DNA from: a candidate division WOR-3 bacterium
GTDB taxonomy: Bacteria > Hydrothermota > Hydrothermia > JBDRYB01
Length of the DNA: 39,784 nt
Assembly: GCA_049969615.1 (NCBI GenBank)
Contig: JBMFOM010000006.1
Location: 1-39,784 of the forward strand
Direction: 5' to 3'
Part shown: positions 8,966 through 19,163 of the stretch, in pieces
Layout: each line of letters starts with the position of its first letter
How positions within the stretch are numbered: the first letter of the stretch is position 1
The notes under the pieces: generated by a model
Database searches by the model: none
What the model was told of the DNA's origin: nothing
The model's input: only the letters and a program-made list of their open reading frames with translations
Position numbers and translations under genes: made by a program

Positions 8966-10267
8966 TTAGAACAAAAAGCCCTTCCTCGTCCTGATAAACT
9001 CTTCCCCAGCAGGGATCATCAAGGACCTCAATGGCCCACCCGTCTCGTCCCTGTTCATGCCAATCCATTTGCCTGTAGGGGTATCAAGAAGGACATACTG
9101 AGCCTCGCCGAGACCTTCTGGGAATGGCCAGAGCTTTGCCCGGTGGGGAATGCCGCCGGTTATCAGGTTTATCTGCACACACAGGGGAGCGTCCGGAGGA
9201 ACATGCTCGGCTATCTCACGCGAAACAGTCCTGTCCCTTTCGGTGACCCGGTATATCCAGAGACTGAAGGGACTCTCGGCCTTGTAGAACATGATTCCAA
9301 ACGGAGTCGGCGCGAACAAGGCGTGGCCGAGAAACGCGAAGCCCAGGACAAGGGGGGCTATCTTTTTCCAGTTGACCCTGGCCATAAACGAAACCAGGGC
9401 CCAGAGGCCAAAAGGGAGGAACTGCGCGGCATACTGGGACTCGACCTGGTAGTAGCCGGGGAAAACTGCGAATATTACCAGGCCCGAGTGAACCAGACCC
9501 GGCAGGAGCTCAGGGGGCCTCAGGATCGGTAAAAATCCCAAGGGCAGGAGAAGAAATAACCAGTAGAGGGCCTTTGTCCAGGACAGGGACGGCAAGCCGA
9601 AAAACCTAGTGTATGACCCAGCTAGGTTGAAGTGTGGCACGAGATAGAAGCTAGCGATCAGGAACCAGACAAGAGCAACCGCGGCGAGGATAACCCCTTG
9701 CTTTCTGAAACCCCTGAAAAATGCCACGGCCCCCAGGACGATCATCGGCAAGGCGAGAGTCTCCTTGAGGAGGAGTGGTGCGAGGGCAAATCCCAGGAAA
9801 AACCAGGGCCTTTTCTTTTCCAGTAAAAGTATTGCAAAGCCAGCGAGCAGGGGAAAGAAAGCGTCAGGGTGGAAGTCAAACAGAGCGAGATACCAGGTGC
9901 CGGGGTGAAGAAAAAAGAATAGCGCGAGGAAGAAGCCTGGCCAGGGGCCGAGCATCCTCTTGCCCAGGAAATAGAAGACCGTGCCCGCGGAGGCAACCGC
10001 GAGGGAGCCAATGACCACCAGGGTCTCCGCGTGGGGCAGGAGCCGGAACAGGGGGGCAATCAGGAGAAATACAGGCCGCAGGTGGCCCCTCACCAGGAAC
10101 GAGAGGTCAAAACGGAAAGCGAGGTTCCAGGCTATCTGCTCCATTATACCCAGGTCATAGAAGCCCGCGTTCCCAGCCTGGTAGCGGAGACAGCCCATCA
10201 CCGAGAGCACAGAGGCGAAAGCCGCTGACAGAACTAGGACAATGGCCAAAGGCAGATCTTTCTTCAA
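8966..10267 (-). CDS. DUF2079-like polytopic membrane protein (GT-C-like); start revised to TTG at 10267; probable frameshift near the C-terminus
   Basis: YDLGIMEQIAW, HLRPVF, FDFHPDAF, KETLAL, SQYAA motifs; alternative frame from ~9040 reads WAIEVLDDPCWGRVYQDEEGLFVLRKAD* to 8952. Confidence 0.8.
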   Translation of the reverse strand: MKKDLPLAIVLVLSAAFASVLSVMGCLRYQAGNAGFYDLGIMEQIAWNLAFRFDLSFLVRGHLRPVFLLIAPLFRLLPHAETLVVIGSLAVASAGTVFYFLGKRMLGPWPGFFLALFFFLHPGTWYLALFDFHPDAFFPLLAGFAILLLEKKRPWFFLGFALAPLLLKETLALPMIVLGAVAFFRGFRKQGVILAAVALVWFLIASFYLVPHFNLAGSYTRFFGLPSLSWTKALYWLFLLLPLGFLPILRPPELLPGLVHSGLVIFAVFPGYYQVESQYAAQFLPFGLWALVSFMARVNWKKIAPLVLGFAFLGHALFAPTPFGIMFYKAESPFSLWIYRVTERDRTVSREIAEHVPPDAPLCVQINLITGGIPHRAKLWPFPEGLGEAQYVLLDTPTGKWIGMNRDETGGPLRSLMIPAGEEFIRTRKGFLF

Positions 10268-10322
10268 GCTCAGATTATCACGCGCCGGCGCTTGGCCGTG
10301 CCACCATGTATTTGAAAGTAGT

Positions 10323-10356
10323 TTCTTGCGCAGGATCAAGTATTTGTGTATTTGGG
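10323..10356 (-). repeat. Repeat module B, copy 1
   Basis: Reverse complement CCCAAATACACAAATACTTGATCCTGCGCAAGAA matches 23997-24030 and the reverse of 34726-34751. Confidence 0.8.
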
Positions 10357-10405
10357 GTCCCCAAGGCTTAAAATTTGTCACAAGGTGATCCTTGCCCCGA
10401 CTGCG

Positions 10406-10433
10406 CTCTCTTGGCCCTATCCAAGTTGGGGCA
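10406..10433 (+). repeat. Repeat module D, copy 1
   Basis: CTCTCTTGGCCCTATCCAAGTTGGGGCA versus reverse complement of 23949-23977, TCTCTTCTGGTCCTATTCAGGTTGGGGCA. Confidence 0.65.
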
Positions 10434-10499
10434 GTTGAAAATACTCCGGGCCTAGCTTTAACATCTTTAACATTATATACGAGACGATGGAGGTTGTTT

Positions 10500-13184
10500 A
10501 TGTTATTAGCAATACTTATCACGAGTCAGCCCCTCCCCGGCCTCTACTTTGAGACCGGAACAGAGGGCACCTGGGCCAAGATATTCACTGGAACCCAGTG
10601 GATAAACGAGACGCCCCTGATGGGCGAGGTTCTCCCACCAAAGGTAGCGGACACCGCCGTTCTCTGGGTTGACAGGAACCACGGGAACGCTGTCGCTGAG
10701 CATGTTGCTATCACCGGAGACGGCAAGCACATCTTCGCTGGCTGGTGGCTGAACAACAAGCGTGTCTCGGCATACAGGACCCTAGGGACAAATGTGCCCA
10801 TCTGGACCGATAGCCTGCCGGATGCCTCCTGGCAGATACGGGTTGACGCTTCAGAGATTGACAGGTTCACATCCGTTGTTCCAGGCCATCCTACAATGGA
10901 CTGCTATGACAAGGGTTCCGCGACCCCACTCTGGGAGTTCGCTTACCCAGCGGGATTTGGCGCGTCTGGTTGGAAGACCTCTGCTGTTTCCTACGATGGC
11001 GCGGTCGCCGCGTTCATAGGATCAAATGGCGCTGTGGGCAAGGTATGGGTAATATCCACCGCGACAGGTGATACCCTATGGACGAGGCAATTTTCTCTCG
11101 CCAACGGCGCCTACGGGGTTGACCTATCGGACGATGGCTCGGTTTGTCTGGTGACCTGCTATGATTCCTGTTTCGTCTATGAGAACGGGAACCTGAGGGG
11201 CAAGTTCTACCATTATGGACAGGTTCCATCGGCTATATCTGGCGATGGGTCTATCGTGGCCTCCGCGAATTACAACGCCACCGTGCAAGTCTGGCAATGG
11301 AACGGGTCATCCTATGCCCTCCTATGGCAGAACAATGTTGCGAATAGCTGGGCGACATCCGTGGATGTATCCCGCGATGGCTCAACCATAGCCTGTGGCA
11401 CTGGCTACGCGAACGGAACAATCAGGGTCTATGACATCTCCTCCTCCACTCCGCTCTGGACATACGCTGGCTACGGAGGCTATGGATCAGGGGTCTGGGG
11501 CATCGCTGTTTCCGGGGATGGCGGCCACATCATCGCGGTATCCTGGGGCGACACCGCAACATCTGACACCTTCAAGGTCATAACCGTCCACGACAGGTCA
11601 TCCTCAGTGCCGCTTCTGACGGTCAACGGCCAGTCCGAGCCAGGTTCTCTGTTCTCCTGCGATATATCTGATGACGGGGTCTACGCGACCGCGGGCGGTA
11701 AAGCAGTCCACGCCTACACCTTCGGGAATGGCGGCGAGGTCTATGCTATAATCATAGGCGCCTCTGAGCCAGTGAATGTGGGAACAGAGGCCATCCTCTC
11801 GCCCCCCAAGTGGGTTCAGCTCTCAGGGAACTATCAGGTCCAAGCAAGGTTCAGGAACTACGGGAACGCGGCCGCGAGTTTTCCGGTCTACTTCAGGATA
11901 GACACCGCGGGCGGAAATGTCTATAGCTCTTCATCAAGCATAACCAACCTGGGGCCAGGCTCTCCGCAGACCATAACCTTTTCGCCAAACTGGACTCCCC
12001 CCAACTACAACCTCTACACTGCCTACGCGTGGACCGAACTAACCGGTGATACCTATTCCGGCGACGACACGATTTCCCTGGTGATAAAGTGCTTCCACGA
12101 CGCGATGACCGTTCAGATTGACCAGCCTTTTGACACCATAACCATAAACCAGCCTCTCACGCCGGGCGTGACCGTCAAGAACAACGGTTCATACACCGAG
12201 GCCTTCACCGTGATCTTCAATGTCTATGATTCCGCGTCAACGCTCATATATTCCGATACGGCCAACTCGGCCGCGCTCGCGCCGGACGCGCAGGCAAGGG
12301 TGACATTCTCGCCACAGTGGGCACCACCGGCTATCGGATCATACACGGCCGAGGCCATAGCGGGAGTGACTGATGACTATTACAGAAACAACGACACCAT
12401 AAGGAAACCCTTCCGAGCTACCTACGAGATCATCTATGACGACGGGGTTCCTGGCGCTTACTATATAGTGAGTAGCACATACGACAACAACAAGTTCGCT
12501 GTCCGGTTCACCCCGACGGTGGGCCCGCCCCTCTACATAACCCAGGGCAGGATATATGTCAACCAGGCTAACAAGCCTTTTGACTATGTGATCCTCTGCC
12601 CGGACGCGTCCGGCCGGCCGGATACGGTCGCACCCTATACCACGGTCAACAATGTCTCTGCAACATCCGCACCTGGCTGGGCTTTCTTTGACTTCGTCCC
12701 GGATGTCTATCTGACCACTGGCTCGGATATATGGCTGGTCATTCACTGGCCGCCTTCAAGCCCCGGCGCACCAGCAGTCGGTGCTGACAACAACTGGTTT
12801 GTGGACACCAGAAGCTGGTGGTATAACAACACCAACGGCTGGAACAACTGGACAGCGCACGATTGGATGATCCGAGTAACCCAGTTCATCCCGCCACCAG
12901 AGGTGGCCGAGGTGGCAGGCAAACCCAAATTCTGGGTGGGGATGCCCTCCCCGAACCCAGCGAGAAACCAGACAATACTCTCGTATAGTCTTTCCGACGA
13001 GACCGACGTCCAGGTCAAGCTTTATACCGCGGACGGGAGATTGGCAAAAGAGGTCTTCTCCGGGAAACAAGCACCAGGCGTGCACAAGCTGATGATGGAA
13101 CCGGATGTGCCCGCAGGTGTCTATTTCCTGAGGTTTACTGCCGGGGAGCAGAAGGTCGTCAGAAAGCTGACCATAATCAGATAG
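10500..13184 (+). CDS. Secreted WD40-like beta-propeller protein with two CARDB/Ig-like domains and a T9SS-like C-terminal domain (start revised to 10500)
   Basis: Repeated (V/I)SxDGS blades; FRNYGN and VKNNGS CARDB-like motifs; PSPNP...LYTADGR...GVYFLR...KLTII tail; GGAGG SD before the ATG at 10500. Confidence 0.85.
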   Translation: MLLAILITSQPLPGLYFETGTEGTWAKIFTGTQWINETPLMGEVLPPKVADTAVLWVDRNHGNAVAEHVAITGDGKHIFAGWWLNNKRVSAYRTLGTNVPIWTDSLPDASWQIRVDASEIDRFTSVVPGHPTMDCYDKGSATPLWEFAYPAGFGASGWKTSAVSYDGAVAAFIGSNGAVGKVWVISTATGDTLWTRQFSLANGAYGVDLSDDGSVCLVTCYDSCFVYENGNLRGKFYHYGQVPSAISGDGSIVASANYNATVQVWQWNGSSYALLWQNNVANSWATSVDVSRDGSTIACGTGYANGTIRVYDISSSTPLWTYAGYGGYGSGVWGIAVSGDGGHIIAVSWGDTATSDTFKVITVHDRSSSVPLLTVNGQSEPGSLFSCDISDDGVYATAGGKAVHAYTFGNGGEVYAIIIGASEPVNVGTEAILSPPKWVQLSGNYQVQARFRNYGNAAASFPVYFRIDTAGGNVYSSSSSITNLGPGSPQTITFSPNWTPPNYNLYTAYAWTELTGDTYSGDDTISLVIKCFHDAMTVQIDQPFDTITINQPLTPGVTVKNNGSYTEAFTVIFNVYDSASTLIYSDTANSAALAPDAQARVTFSPQWAPPAIGSYTAEAIAGVTDDYYRNNDTIRKPFRATYEIIYDDGVPGAYYIVSSTYDNNKFAVRFTPTVGPPLYITQGRIYVNQANKPFDYVILCPDASGRPDTVAPYTTVNNVSATSAPGWAFFDFVPDVYLTTGSDIWLVIHWPPSSPGAPAVGADNNWFVDTRSWWYNNTNGWNNWTAHDWMIRVTQFIPPPEVAEVAGKPKFWVGMPSPNPARNQTILSYSLSDETDVQVKLYTADGRLAKEVFSGKQAPGVHKLMMEPDVPAGVYFLRFTAGEQKVVRKLTIIR

Positions 13185-13238
13185 GCCGGCAACGGTAAGA
13201 GCCATTGGCAGACTGGATGCCTGTTGGGGATGATAGTT

Positions 13239-14354
13239 ATGAAGAGGTTTTTATCTCTATTTATCGCTTTTGCAGGTTTTCTCTCGGCCGATCCAAAGGA
13301 GAACCGCCTGCTAATAGCCACCTCACCGGATGGGCTTGTCTGGACTAGGCAGAACCAGGTTTTCTACGACTCAGCGGATGTACCGGACGCGGTGGTGGGT
13401 CCTGGAGGCAGGGTGTATCTCTACTTCCAGAACTTCCATGAGCCTGACATGAACAAGATATATGTGGGGTTCTCAAACGATGGCCTAACTGGATGGATCT
13501 TCGGCTCCATAGTCATATCAGGGACCGAATACTGGCCAGGGACACCCTGCGATCCGGACATCATCATAAGGGGAGACACCTTCAGGCTGTATTTCACGGG
13601 CGATCCATATGGTGACGGAAACCCGGAAACCTACTCCGCGACCTCTTTTGATGGGATGAACTTCATCATTGATTCCGGCGTAAGGTTTCAGATCAGTGGG
13701 GCGCCTGTTCTGGATCCGAGTCTGCTCTGGACTGTTGACACATGCCGCTATTTCGCGGGCGGGATCCCCGGGATAAACTACAGAGCACATTCCACCGACG
13801 GGATAAACTTCATCAGGGATCCGGACTTTCACGCGGACAGCTTCATGATGGCAAACGGAATAGCAGTTCCTGGAGGATACAGGTTCTACTGCTTCAAAGA
13901 GGACCGGGGCATAAAATCCCTGTTCTCAACTAACGGGGTAAGTTGGAGCTTTGACGCCGGCTACCGGCTACAACTGGACACAATGACTGGTCTGGAACAC
14001 AAGTTCGTAAAAGACCCTACGGTGGTGAAAACCGGCTCCGGCTACATCATGTATTATGTCACGAAGATACCGCCTTCGGATATTGCCGAAAGCAGGAGCG
14101 AGGATTTCTCGTTCAATGTCTGTCCCAATCCCACCAGGAATTTAATCAAACTAACCGTGAATCTGCCAGAAGGTGTCCGGTATTCCCTAAGGCTTTATGA
14201 CGCAGGGGGAAGCATGGTCAAGGATATAAGCCAACCACGAGAGACTACCCCCACAAGTTTTGTCTGGGCACCCGAAGTCCCTCCTGGCGTCTATTTTCTG
14301 AGGCTCACAGCCGGGAATGTCTCCGTTATAAGGAGGATAACTATCCTCAGATGA
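13239..14354 (+). CDS. Secreted five-bladed propeller glycoside-hydrolase-like protein with T9SS-like C-terminal domain
   Basis: Signal peptide MKRFLSLFIAFAGFLSA; repeated DP...(Y/F)...SxDGxxW/F blades; CPNP...LYDAGG...GVYFLR tail. Confidence 0.75.
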   Translation: MKRFLSLFIAFAGFLSADPKENRLLIATSPDGLVWTRQNQVFYDSADVPDAVVGPGGRVYLYFQNFHEPDMNKIYVGFSNDGLTGWIFGSIVISGTEYWPGTPCDPDIIIRGDTFRLYFTGDPYGDGNPETYSATSFDGMNFIIDSGVRFQISGAPVLDPSLLWTVDTCRYFAGGIPGINYRAHSTDGINFIRDPDFHADSFMMANGIAVPGGYRFYCFKEDRGIKSLFSTNGVSWSFDAGYRLQLDTMTGLEHKFVKDPTVVKTGSGYIMYYVTKIPPSDIAESRSEDFSFNVCPNPTRNLIKLTVNLPEGVRYSLRLYDAGGSMVKDISQPRETTPTSFVWAPEVPPGVYFLRLTAGNVSVIRRITILR

Positions 14355-15403
14355 ACACTGACCAAGAAAGAGGCCTCTACATCCACATCCCCTTCTGCAG
14401 GAGCAAATGTCCATATTGCTCTTTCTATTCTGAGACGAGCCTGCACCTTATTGATGACTTCCTGGACGCGCTCACCATAGAAGCCAGGGAATTCCAAGAA
14501 CTGGGCTTCTCAACATGCTACATAGGAGGAGGGACACCCTCGTCTCTCTCGCCGGATCAGTTCAAAAGGCTCTTTAGCATAATACGGGATAGCTTTGATC
14601 TGGCTACAGACTCTGAGATAACGGTTGAGGTCAATCCGGAATCCGCAGGCCAGGAGCTTCTGAAAGTCCTCAAGGGACTTGGCGTGAACCGGCTCTCGGT
14701 TGGCGCGCAGTCCAGCCACGACCACGAGCTGGCAATCCTGGGTAGAAAGCACGGAACCACCGACACAAGAAGGTGCCTTGAGGATGCCCTGACATCCGGG
14801 TTCTCAAACATCAACATTGACTTGATGTTCGGATTCGTCGGCCAAACAAGGGACAGTTGGATAGAAAGCCTTGAGTGGGCTGGCCAATTGCCCATAACGC
14901 ACATATCAACCTATGCGCTCACGCCACACGGGGCAATCCGTGAGCTCCCGGAAGACGAACTGATAGCCATGTATGAGATAAGGGATGAGGTTCTGAGGGC
15001 TTTCGGTTTTCAGAGATACGAGATAAGCAACTACGCGAAGCCCGGCCACGAATCCAGGCACAACCTGATCTACTGGAAACGGAGGGAATACCTGGGCCTT
15101 GGGCCATCCGCGTCAAGCTTCCGCGGAAACCAGAGATGGAGGAACGAGCCGGATCTCCTGCTATATCTAAAATCTGTGCCATTCCAGAGGGAGACCGAAA
15201 CCCTGTCGCCCGAGCAGGCCAGGATTGAGGAGATATTCTTGGGCATCAGGCTGACCGAAGGGATTGAGCTGGGGCTTTCGGAAGTCCCCGAATCCCTAGT
15301 GGGCCTAGTGGAAATAAAAGGGATCCGTGTGTCTCTCACGCCAAAAGGTGTTCTCGTCGCGGATCGCGTTGCACTGGAGATGTTTGAAATTTCGGGTGGC
15401 TAA
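14351..15403 (+). CDS. hemW: Radical SAM heme chaperone HemW
   Basis: LYIHIPFCRSKCPYCSF, YIGGGTPS, YEISNYA and the HNLIYW (HNxxYW) signature. Confidence 0.9.
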   Translation: MNTDQERGLYIHIPFCRSKCPYCSFYSETSLHLIDDFLDALTIEAREFQELGFSTCYIGGGTPSSLSPDQFKRLFSIIRDSFDLATDSEITVEVNPESAGQELLKVLKGLGVNRLSVGAQSSHDHELAILGRKHGTTDTRRCLEDALTSGFSNINIDLMFGFVGQTRDSWIESLEWAGQLPITHISTYALTPHGAIRELPEDELIAMYEIRDEVLRAFGFQRYEISNYAKPGHESRHNLIYWKRREYLGLGPSASSFRGNQRWRNEPDLLLYLKSVPFQRETETLSPEQARIEEIFLGIRLTEGIELGLSEVPESLVGLVEIKGIRVSLTPKGVLVADRVALEMFEISGG

Positions 15404-15526
15404 ACCAGGCATAAAAATGGCAACAAACCATAGGAACGCGGGGGCTTGCTCATCCTCAATAAGAATTATGGGATCTGGAACCAGGGGGTTTTGCATCGGA
15501 CCGCCGGGGAGCTTTAGCATAAGGCC

Positions 15527-17260
15527 ATGAATCTGATACTTTTGATTCTCAGCATAAGCTACAGGGAATCCTCCGCCGGACTCAATAATCCAGAGATGGA
15601 GGAAGGCAGAACCGTTCTTGAGACAGCGGATGTGAACGGTGACGGCAACCCGGACATAGTGTCGGTTGGCGACCACGGCTCGCCTTATGTCAACACCCAG
15701 GAGCACGGCATAATGGTTTGGTTTGGAAACGGCTTCGGCTCATGGAGCGTTTATCAGAACGGGGAATTCGGTTATGGCGGAGTCACCATAGGTGATGTCA
15801 ACAACGATGGCCTGGTGGATGTAGGCTACGGCGTGCATCACAATTACTCCGGGACAGATTTCGGCGACCAACTCATAGAGGTAGCTATAGGAGATGGAAC
15901 CGGCAGAAACTGGACTCCCTGGGACGATGGGCTCGCACAAGAGGGCCAGGACTGGGGCATGTTTGATACTGACTTCGGGGATATAAACAACGATGGCTGG
16001 TTGGACATAGTGTCCAACGCGTTCGGCGCTGATGACGGGGTCTGGGCATACTTGAACAACCACAATGGCACATGGACAAAGACATGGGGTTTTGGGGGCG
16101 GCAATTCCACGATGGACATCTTCCTCGGGGATGTCAACAGGGACGGAAACCTTGACATTGCTGTCGCACACCAGGGAGGAACGATATACCTGGGCAACGG
16201 CGCCGGCGGATTCAGCCTGGATGATGACGGTCTCCCTGCGGGCGGGAGCCTAGGCAGGCCGGGTGTGAGCCTTGGCGATGTGGACAACGATGGCGGGGAC
16301 GACCTCTCGCTCGTCAACAGCTCTGGAGGACTTGAGGTATGGGTCTACAACGAGGGAGAAGGAACATGGACGGATTTCTCCGGCTCATTGCCGGCAACGG
16401 GTTCCTGGGAGTTCACCCAGCTTCGGGACATGGATTGCGACGGCAACATTGATCTGGTGGCCGCGGGGGACAGCACGGTCACAATCTATAGGGGAAATGG
16501 CGGGGGGGCATGGAATCTGGCGACATCCTTCAGGATAGATTCTTGCCTGAGCTTTAGCGCTTTCAGGGCCAGCGCTGACGCTGATCACAATGGGTTTCCG
16601 GACATTTATCTGGTGTATGAGAGGGAAACCGATCAATGGAGCTCGGTCAACACACCGGCCTGTTACCTTGAGGAGTCCAACCCAGCCAGCCTTAGGGTCT
16701 TTCCGGTTTATCCAAGGGGTGGTGAACGATTTTACGGAGGCTCAGCGCGCTTTATTGAGTGGCACGGAGGAGTCCCGGCGGGAACCGCTACAGTCTCGCT
16801 CGCCCTATCAACAACTGGACCCACTGGCCCATGGACAACCATCGCTACAGGCCTTCCCAACGGAGGCAGGTTTCAGTGGAGAGTGCCACAGTCCCCATCA
16901 AATAACTGCTGCATAAGATACATAATCTCATCTGGTCCCTCTGCAGACACAGCAATAACACCCGGACCATTTGAGATAATCGGGACAGGGAACAACGAGC
17001 AGCTGCAGGCCAGGGAAAACCTTCTTAGCGTTTCTGGGGTCAGCAGAACCACCAAGATAATCCTTATCCTGACAGGAAACATGGACATCAGGTTATCGGT
17101 TTATGACGCGAAGGGGGCGCTCATTGAGGTTTTGAATGATGGGAGGCTTTCGTATGGCAAACACGAGTTTACATGGCGAGCCGGAAAAACCGGAGCGTAC
17201 TTTGTCCTTGCGGAATCAAGTGGCTGGCATTTGATGGCAAAGGTGGTCATTGTGGAATAA
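15527..17260 (+). CDS. Secreted FG-GAP/VCBS repeat protein with T9SS-like C-terminal domain
   Basis: Seven DxxxDGxxD-type repeats (ADVNGDGNPD, GDVNNDGLVD, GDINNDGWLD, GDVNRDGNLD...); YPRGGE Ig-like domain; VYDAKG...GAYFV...KVVIVE tail. Confidence 0.87.
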   Translation: MNLILLILSISYRESSAGLNNPEMEEGRTVLETADVNGDGNPDIVSVGDHGSPYVNTQEHGIMVWFGNGFGSWSVYQNGEFGYGGVTIGDVNNDGLVDVGYGVHHNYSGTDFGDQLIEVAIGDGTGRNWTPWDDGLAQEGQDWGMFDTDFGDINNDGWLDIVSNAFGADDGVWAYLNNHNGTWTKTWGFGGGNSTMDIFLGDVNRDGNLDIAVAHQGGTIYLGNGAGGFSLDDDGLPAGGSLGRPGVSLGDVDNDGGDDLSLVNSSGGLEVWVYNEGEGTWTDFSGSLPATGSWEFTQLRDMDCDGNIDLVAAGDSTVTIYRGNGGGAWNLATSFRIDSCLSFSAFRASADADHNGFPDIYLVYERETDQWSSVNTPACYLEESNPASLRVFPVYPRGGERFYGGSARFIEWHGGVPAGTATVSLALSTTGPTGPWTTIATGLPNGGRFQWRVPQSPSNNCCIRYIISSGPSADTAITPGPFEIIGTGNNEQLQARENLLSVSGVSRTTKIILILTGNMDIRLSVYDAKGALIEVLNDGRLSYGKHEFTWRAGKTGAYFVLAESSGWHLMAKVVIVE

Positions 17261-17308
17261 TCCTCGCCCGGACAGGAAACTATCGGGAACGAATCGCTCA
17301 GCCACTAG

Positions 17309-17338
17309 TTGAAGGCCACCTCTCTCCGCTGTTATAAT
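17309..17338 (+). promoter_or_regulatory. Sigma70-like promoter, probably leaderless, for TPR-bamD-nadD
   Basis: TTGAAG-N18-TATAAT ending 6 nt before the ATG at 17345. Confidence 0.6.
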
Positions 17339-17344
17339 ATCAGC

Positions 17345-19156
17345 ATGACAGCAGGATTGTTTTTTGCTCTCGTAACTGTGGCCCAAGAAGAAAAAATGAC
17401 CATCCAGAACTACATGAGGCCCTTCAGGGAGGCCTTCAGCTCATACATATCCGTGGTGTCAGACGCTGAGGAGCTCTACTACGCGGAGAAATACGAAGCC
17501 GCCTTCAACAAATATCATGCCATACTCAAGGGCGCGGAGAAATCCGACTACAAGATGATCGGCTACATAGGCATGGCTTGGTGCTACATCGGCCTTGGAA
17601 GATACTCCGACGCGACCAAGATGCTCAAGCAGGCTGACTTCTATGCCTCGTCTGATCCAAAGACCCACATAATGACTTTAATGGGCAATGGAATATCCTC
17701 GTTCAACTCCGGTAAGTATCCGGAGGCATACCGATACTTTTCTCGGATAACAGATGACTACAGGGATTACCTTGAATACTGGCGAGACGCCTATTATTTC
17801 AAAACCATGTCAGCCTACGCGAAAGGCGACTATCCACAGACCATAGCCGACGCGGAAACCATAATCAAGGACAGCCTGCATTTCAAGGGCTTTGATAAGA
17901 GAGCGGACGCCTACCTCCTGGGCGCGAAAGCCGCGCTGAAGGGCGGAAACTACGAAAAGGCTATCACCCTGCTGAACGGGTTCACGAGGGAGTTCCCCAT
18001 GCACCCGAAAGTGGGCGAGGCGAGGCTCCTTTTGGCAGAGGCTGAGGCCTCAAAGGGAAACTACAAGGCATCTATAACTGCCTACGAGGATGTCCTGAAC
18101 ACATACCCCTATCTTAAGGATCAGGCGCTTGAGTCAATGGCACGAGTCTCAAATAAATTCGGGGATTACATAGTAGGCGATACCTCCTTCAGGATAACAC
18201 ATCCCCTTATGGTTGATGTCTTTCTCTGGGTTCCCGCTGTTGACGCGCACAAGAATGGCAACCTGTCCAAGGCTATGCCAAGGTTTCTTAGAATGGTCAG
18301 GGATGTCCCGGAGGACGAGCGCTCTAGCAAGGGACTCGCGCTCATAGGCCAGGCATTCGCGGATCAGGGTAGCTATACCAAGGCCGCGGACATATTCAAG
18401 CAGTATATCGTGCAGTATCCAGCAGGCGAGGACATAGCGAGGGTTATGAACCTGCTTGCAAACTGCTACATAAAGACTAACCAGTGGCGGGAAGCACTCA
18501 AGGTCCTGGATGAAATGGTCTATCGCTTTGGTCAGGACGAGAACCAGAAGGAAATAGTGGACGGTGCAAAGAAGAAACTCGCGGCCATACTGAACGAGCA
18601 CCCGGACGCGGCTCAGGGTATCAGCTTTAAGACACCAGGTCTCTCTCAGGACGCCGCGTTCCAGCAGGCTGCCGCGGCCTATAATCAGGGAGACTTTACC
18701 AGGAGCGCGCAGTTGTTCCTTGAGTTTGCAAAGAACAATCCCAAAGACCCAAAGGCCTGCAAGGCCACTTTTAACGCCGGATACATCTACTTCCAAGCAA
18801 AGGAATACGCAGACGCAGCCAGCGCACTCTCCAGCTATGTTGCCAGTTGCGGATCTGGCGAGGACGCGGAAAACGCTTATTTCTATCTGGGAGCCTCATA
18901 TTATTTTGGCGGGGATTATCAAAAGGCTTCCTCTACGATGGAAGGATTCGTATCTTATTTCCCCGCTTCTGCTCTGAAACCCAATGCCCTGAAGCTCGCT
19001 GGACTGAGCTACCTCGAGATGGGCGCGGATAACCCTTCATACAAGGAAAAAGGGATAGCAAAACTCAGGGAGTCGGCCAGGGCATTCAGGGCACAGGGCA
19101 ACCCAACTGAGGCAGAGAAGATAGAAAAATACCTGGAACAGATAGGGGCAAAATGA
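17345..19156 (+). CDS. Exported tetratricopeptide repeat protein (CpoB/YbgF-like repeats); start revised to 17345
   Basis: Many TPR helix pairs ending in (Y/F)P-x-x-x-A motifs; hydrophobic N-terminus. Confidence 0.85.
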   Translation: MTAGLFFALVTVAQEEKMTIQNYMRPFREAFSSYISVVSDAEELYYAEKYEAAFNKYHAILKGAEKSDYKMIGYIGMAWCYIGLGRYSDATKMLKQADFYASSDPKTHIMTLMGNGISSFNSGKYPEAYRYFSRITDDYRDYLEYWRDAYYFKTMSAYAKGDYPQTIADAETIIKDSLHFKGFDKRADAYLLGAKAALKGGNYEKAITLLNGFTREFPMHPKVGEARLLLAEAEASKGNYKASITAYEDVLNTYPYLKDQALESMARVSNKFGDYIVGDTSFRITHPLMVDVFLWVPAVDAHKNGNLSKAMPRFLRMVRDVPEDERSSKGLALIGQAFADQGSYTKAADIFKQYIVQYPAGEDIARVMNLLANCYIKTNQWREALKVLDEMVYRFGQDENQKEIVDGAKKKLAAILNEHPDAAQGISFKTPGLSQDAAFQQAAAAYNQGDFTRSAQLFLEFAKNNPKDPKACKATFNAGYIYFQAKEYADAASALSSYVASCGSGEDAENAYFYLGASYYFGGDYQKASSTMEGFVSYFPASALKPNALKLAGLSYLEMGADNPSYKEKGIAKLRESARAFRAQGNPTEAEKIEKYLEQIGAK

Positions 19157-19163
19157 GACCCTT

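Noticed and set aside
10268-10522. N-terminal extensions of the ORF calls 8966-10522 and 10392-13184, which would overlap head to head
   Set aside because: The region holds repeat modules and promoter elements; better starts are at 10267 and 10500
14351-15403. Calling the radical SAM gene hemN
   Set aside because: The HNxxYW motif and the lack of the HemN N-terminal extension indicate HemW
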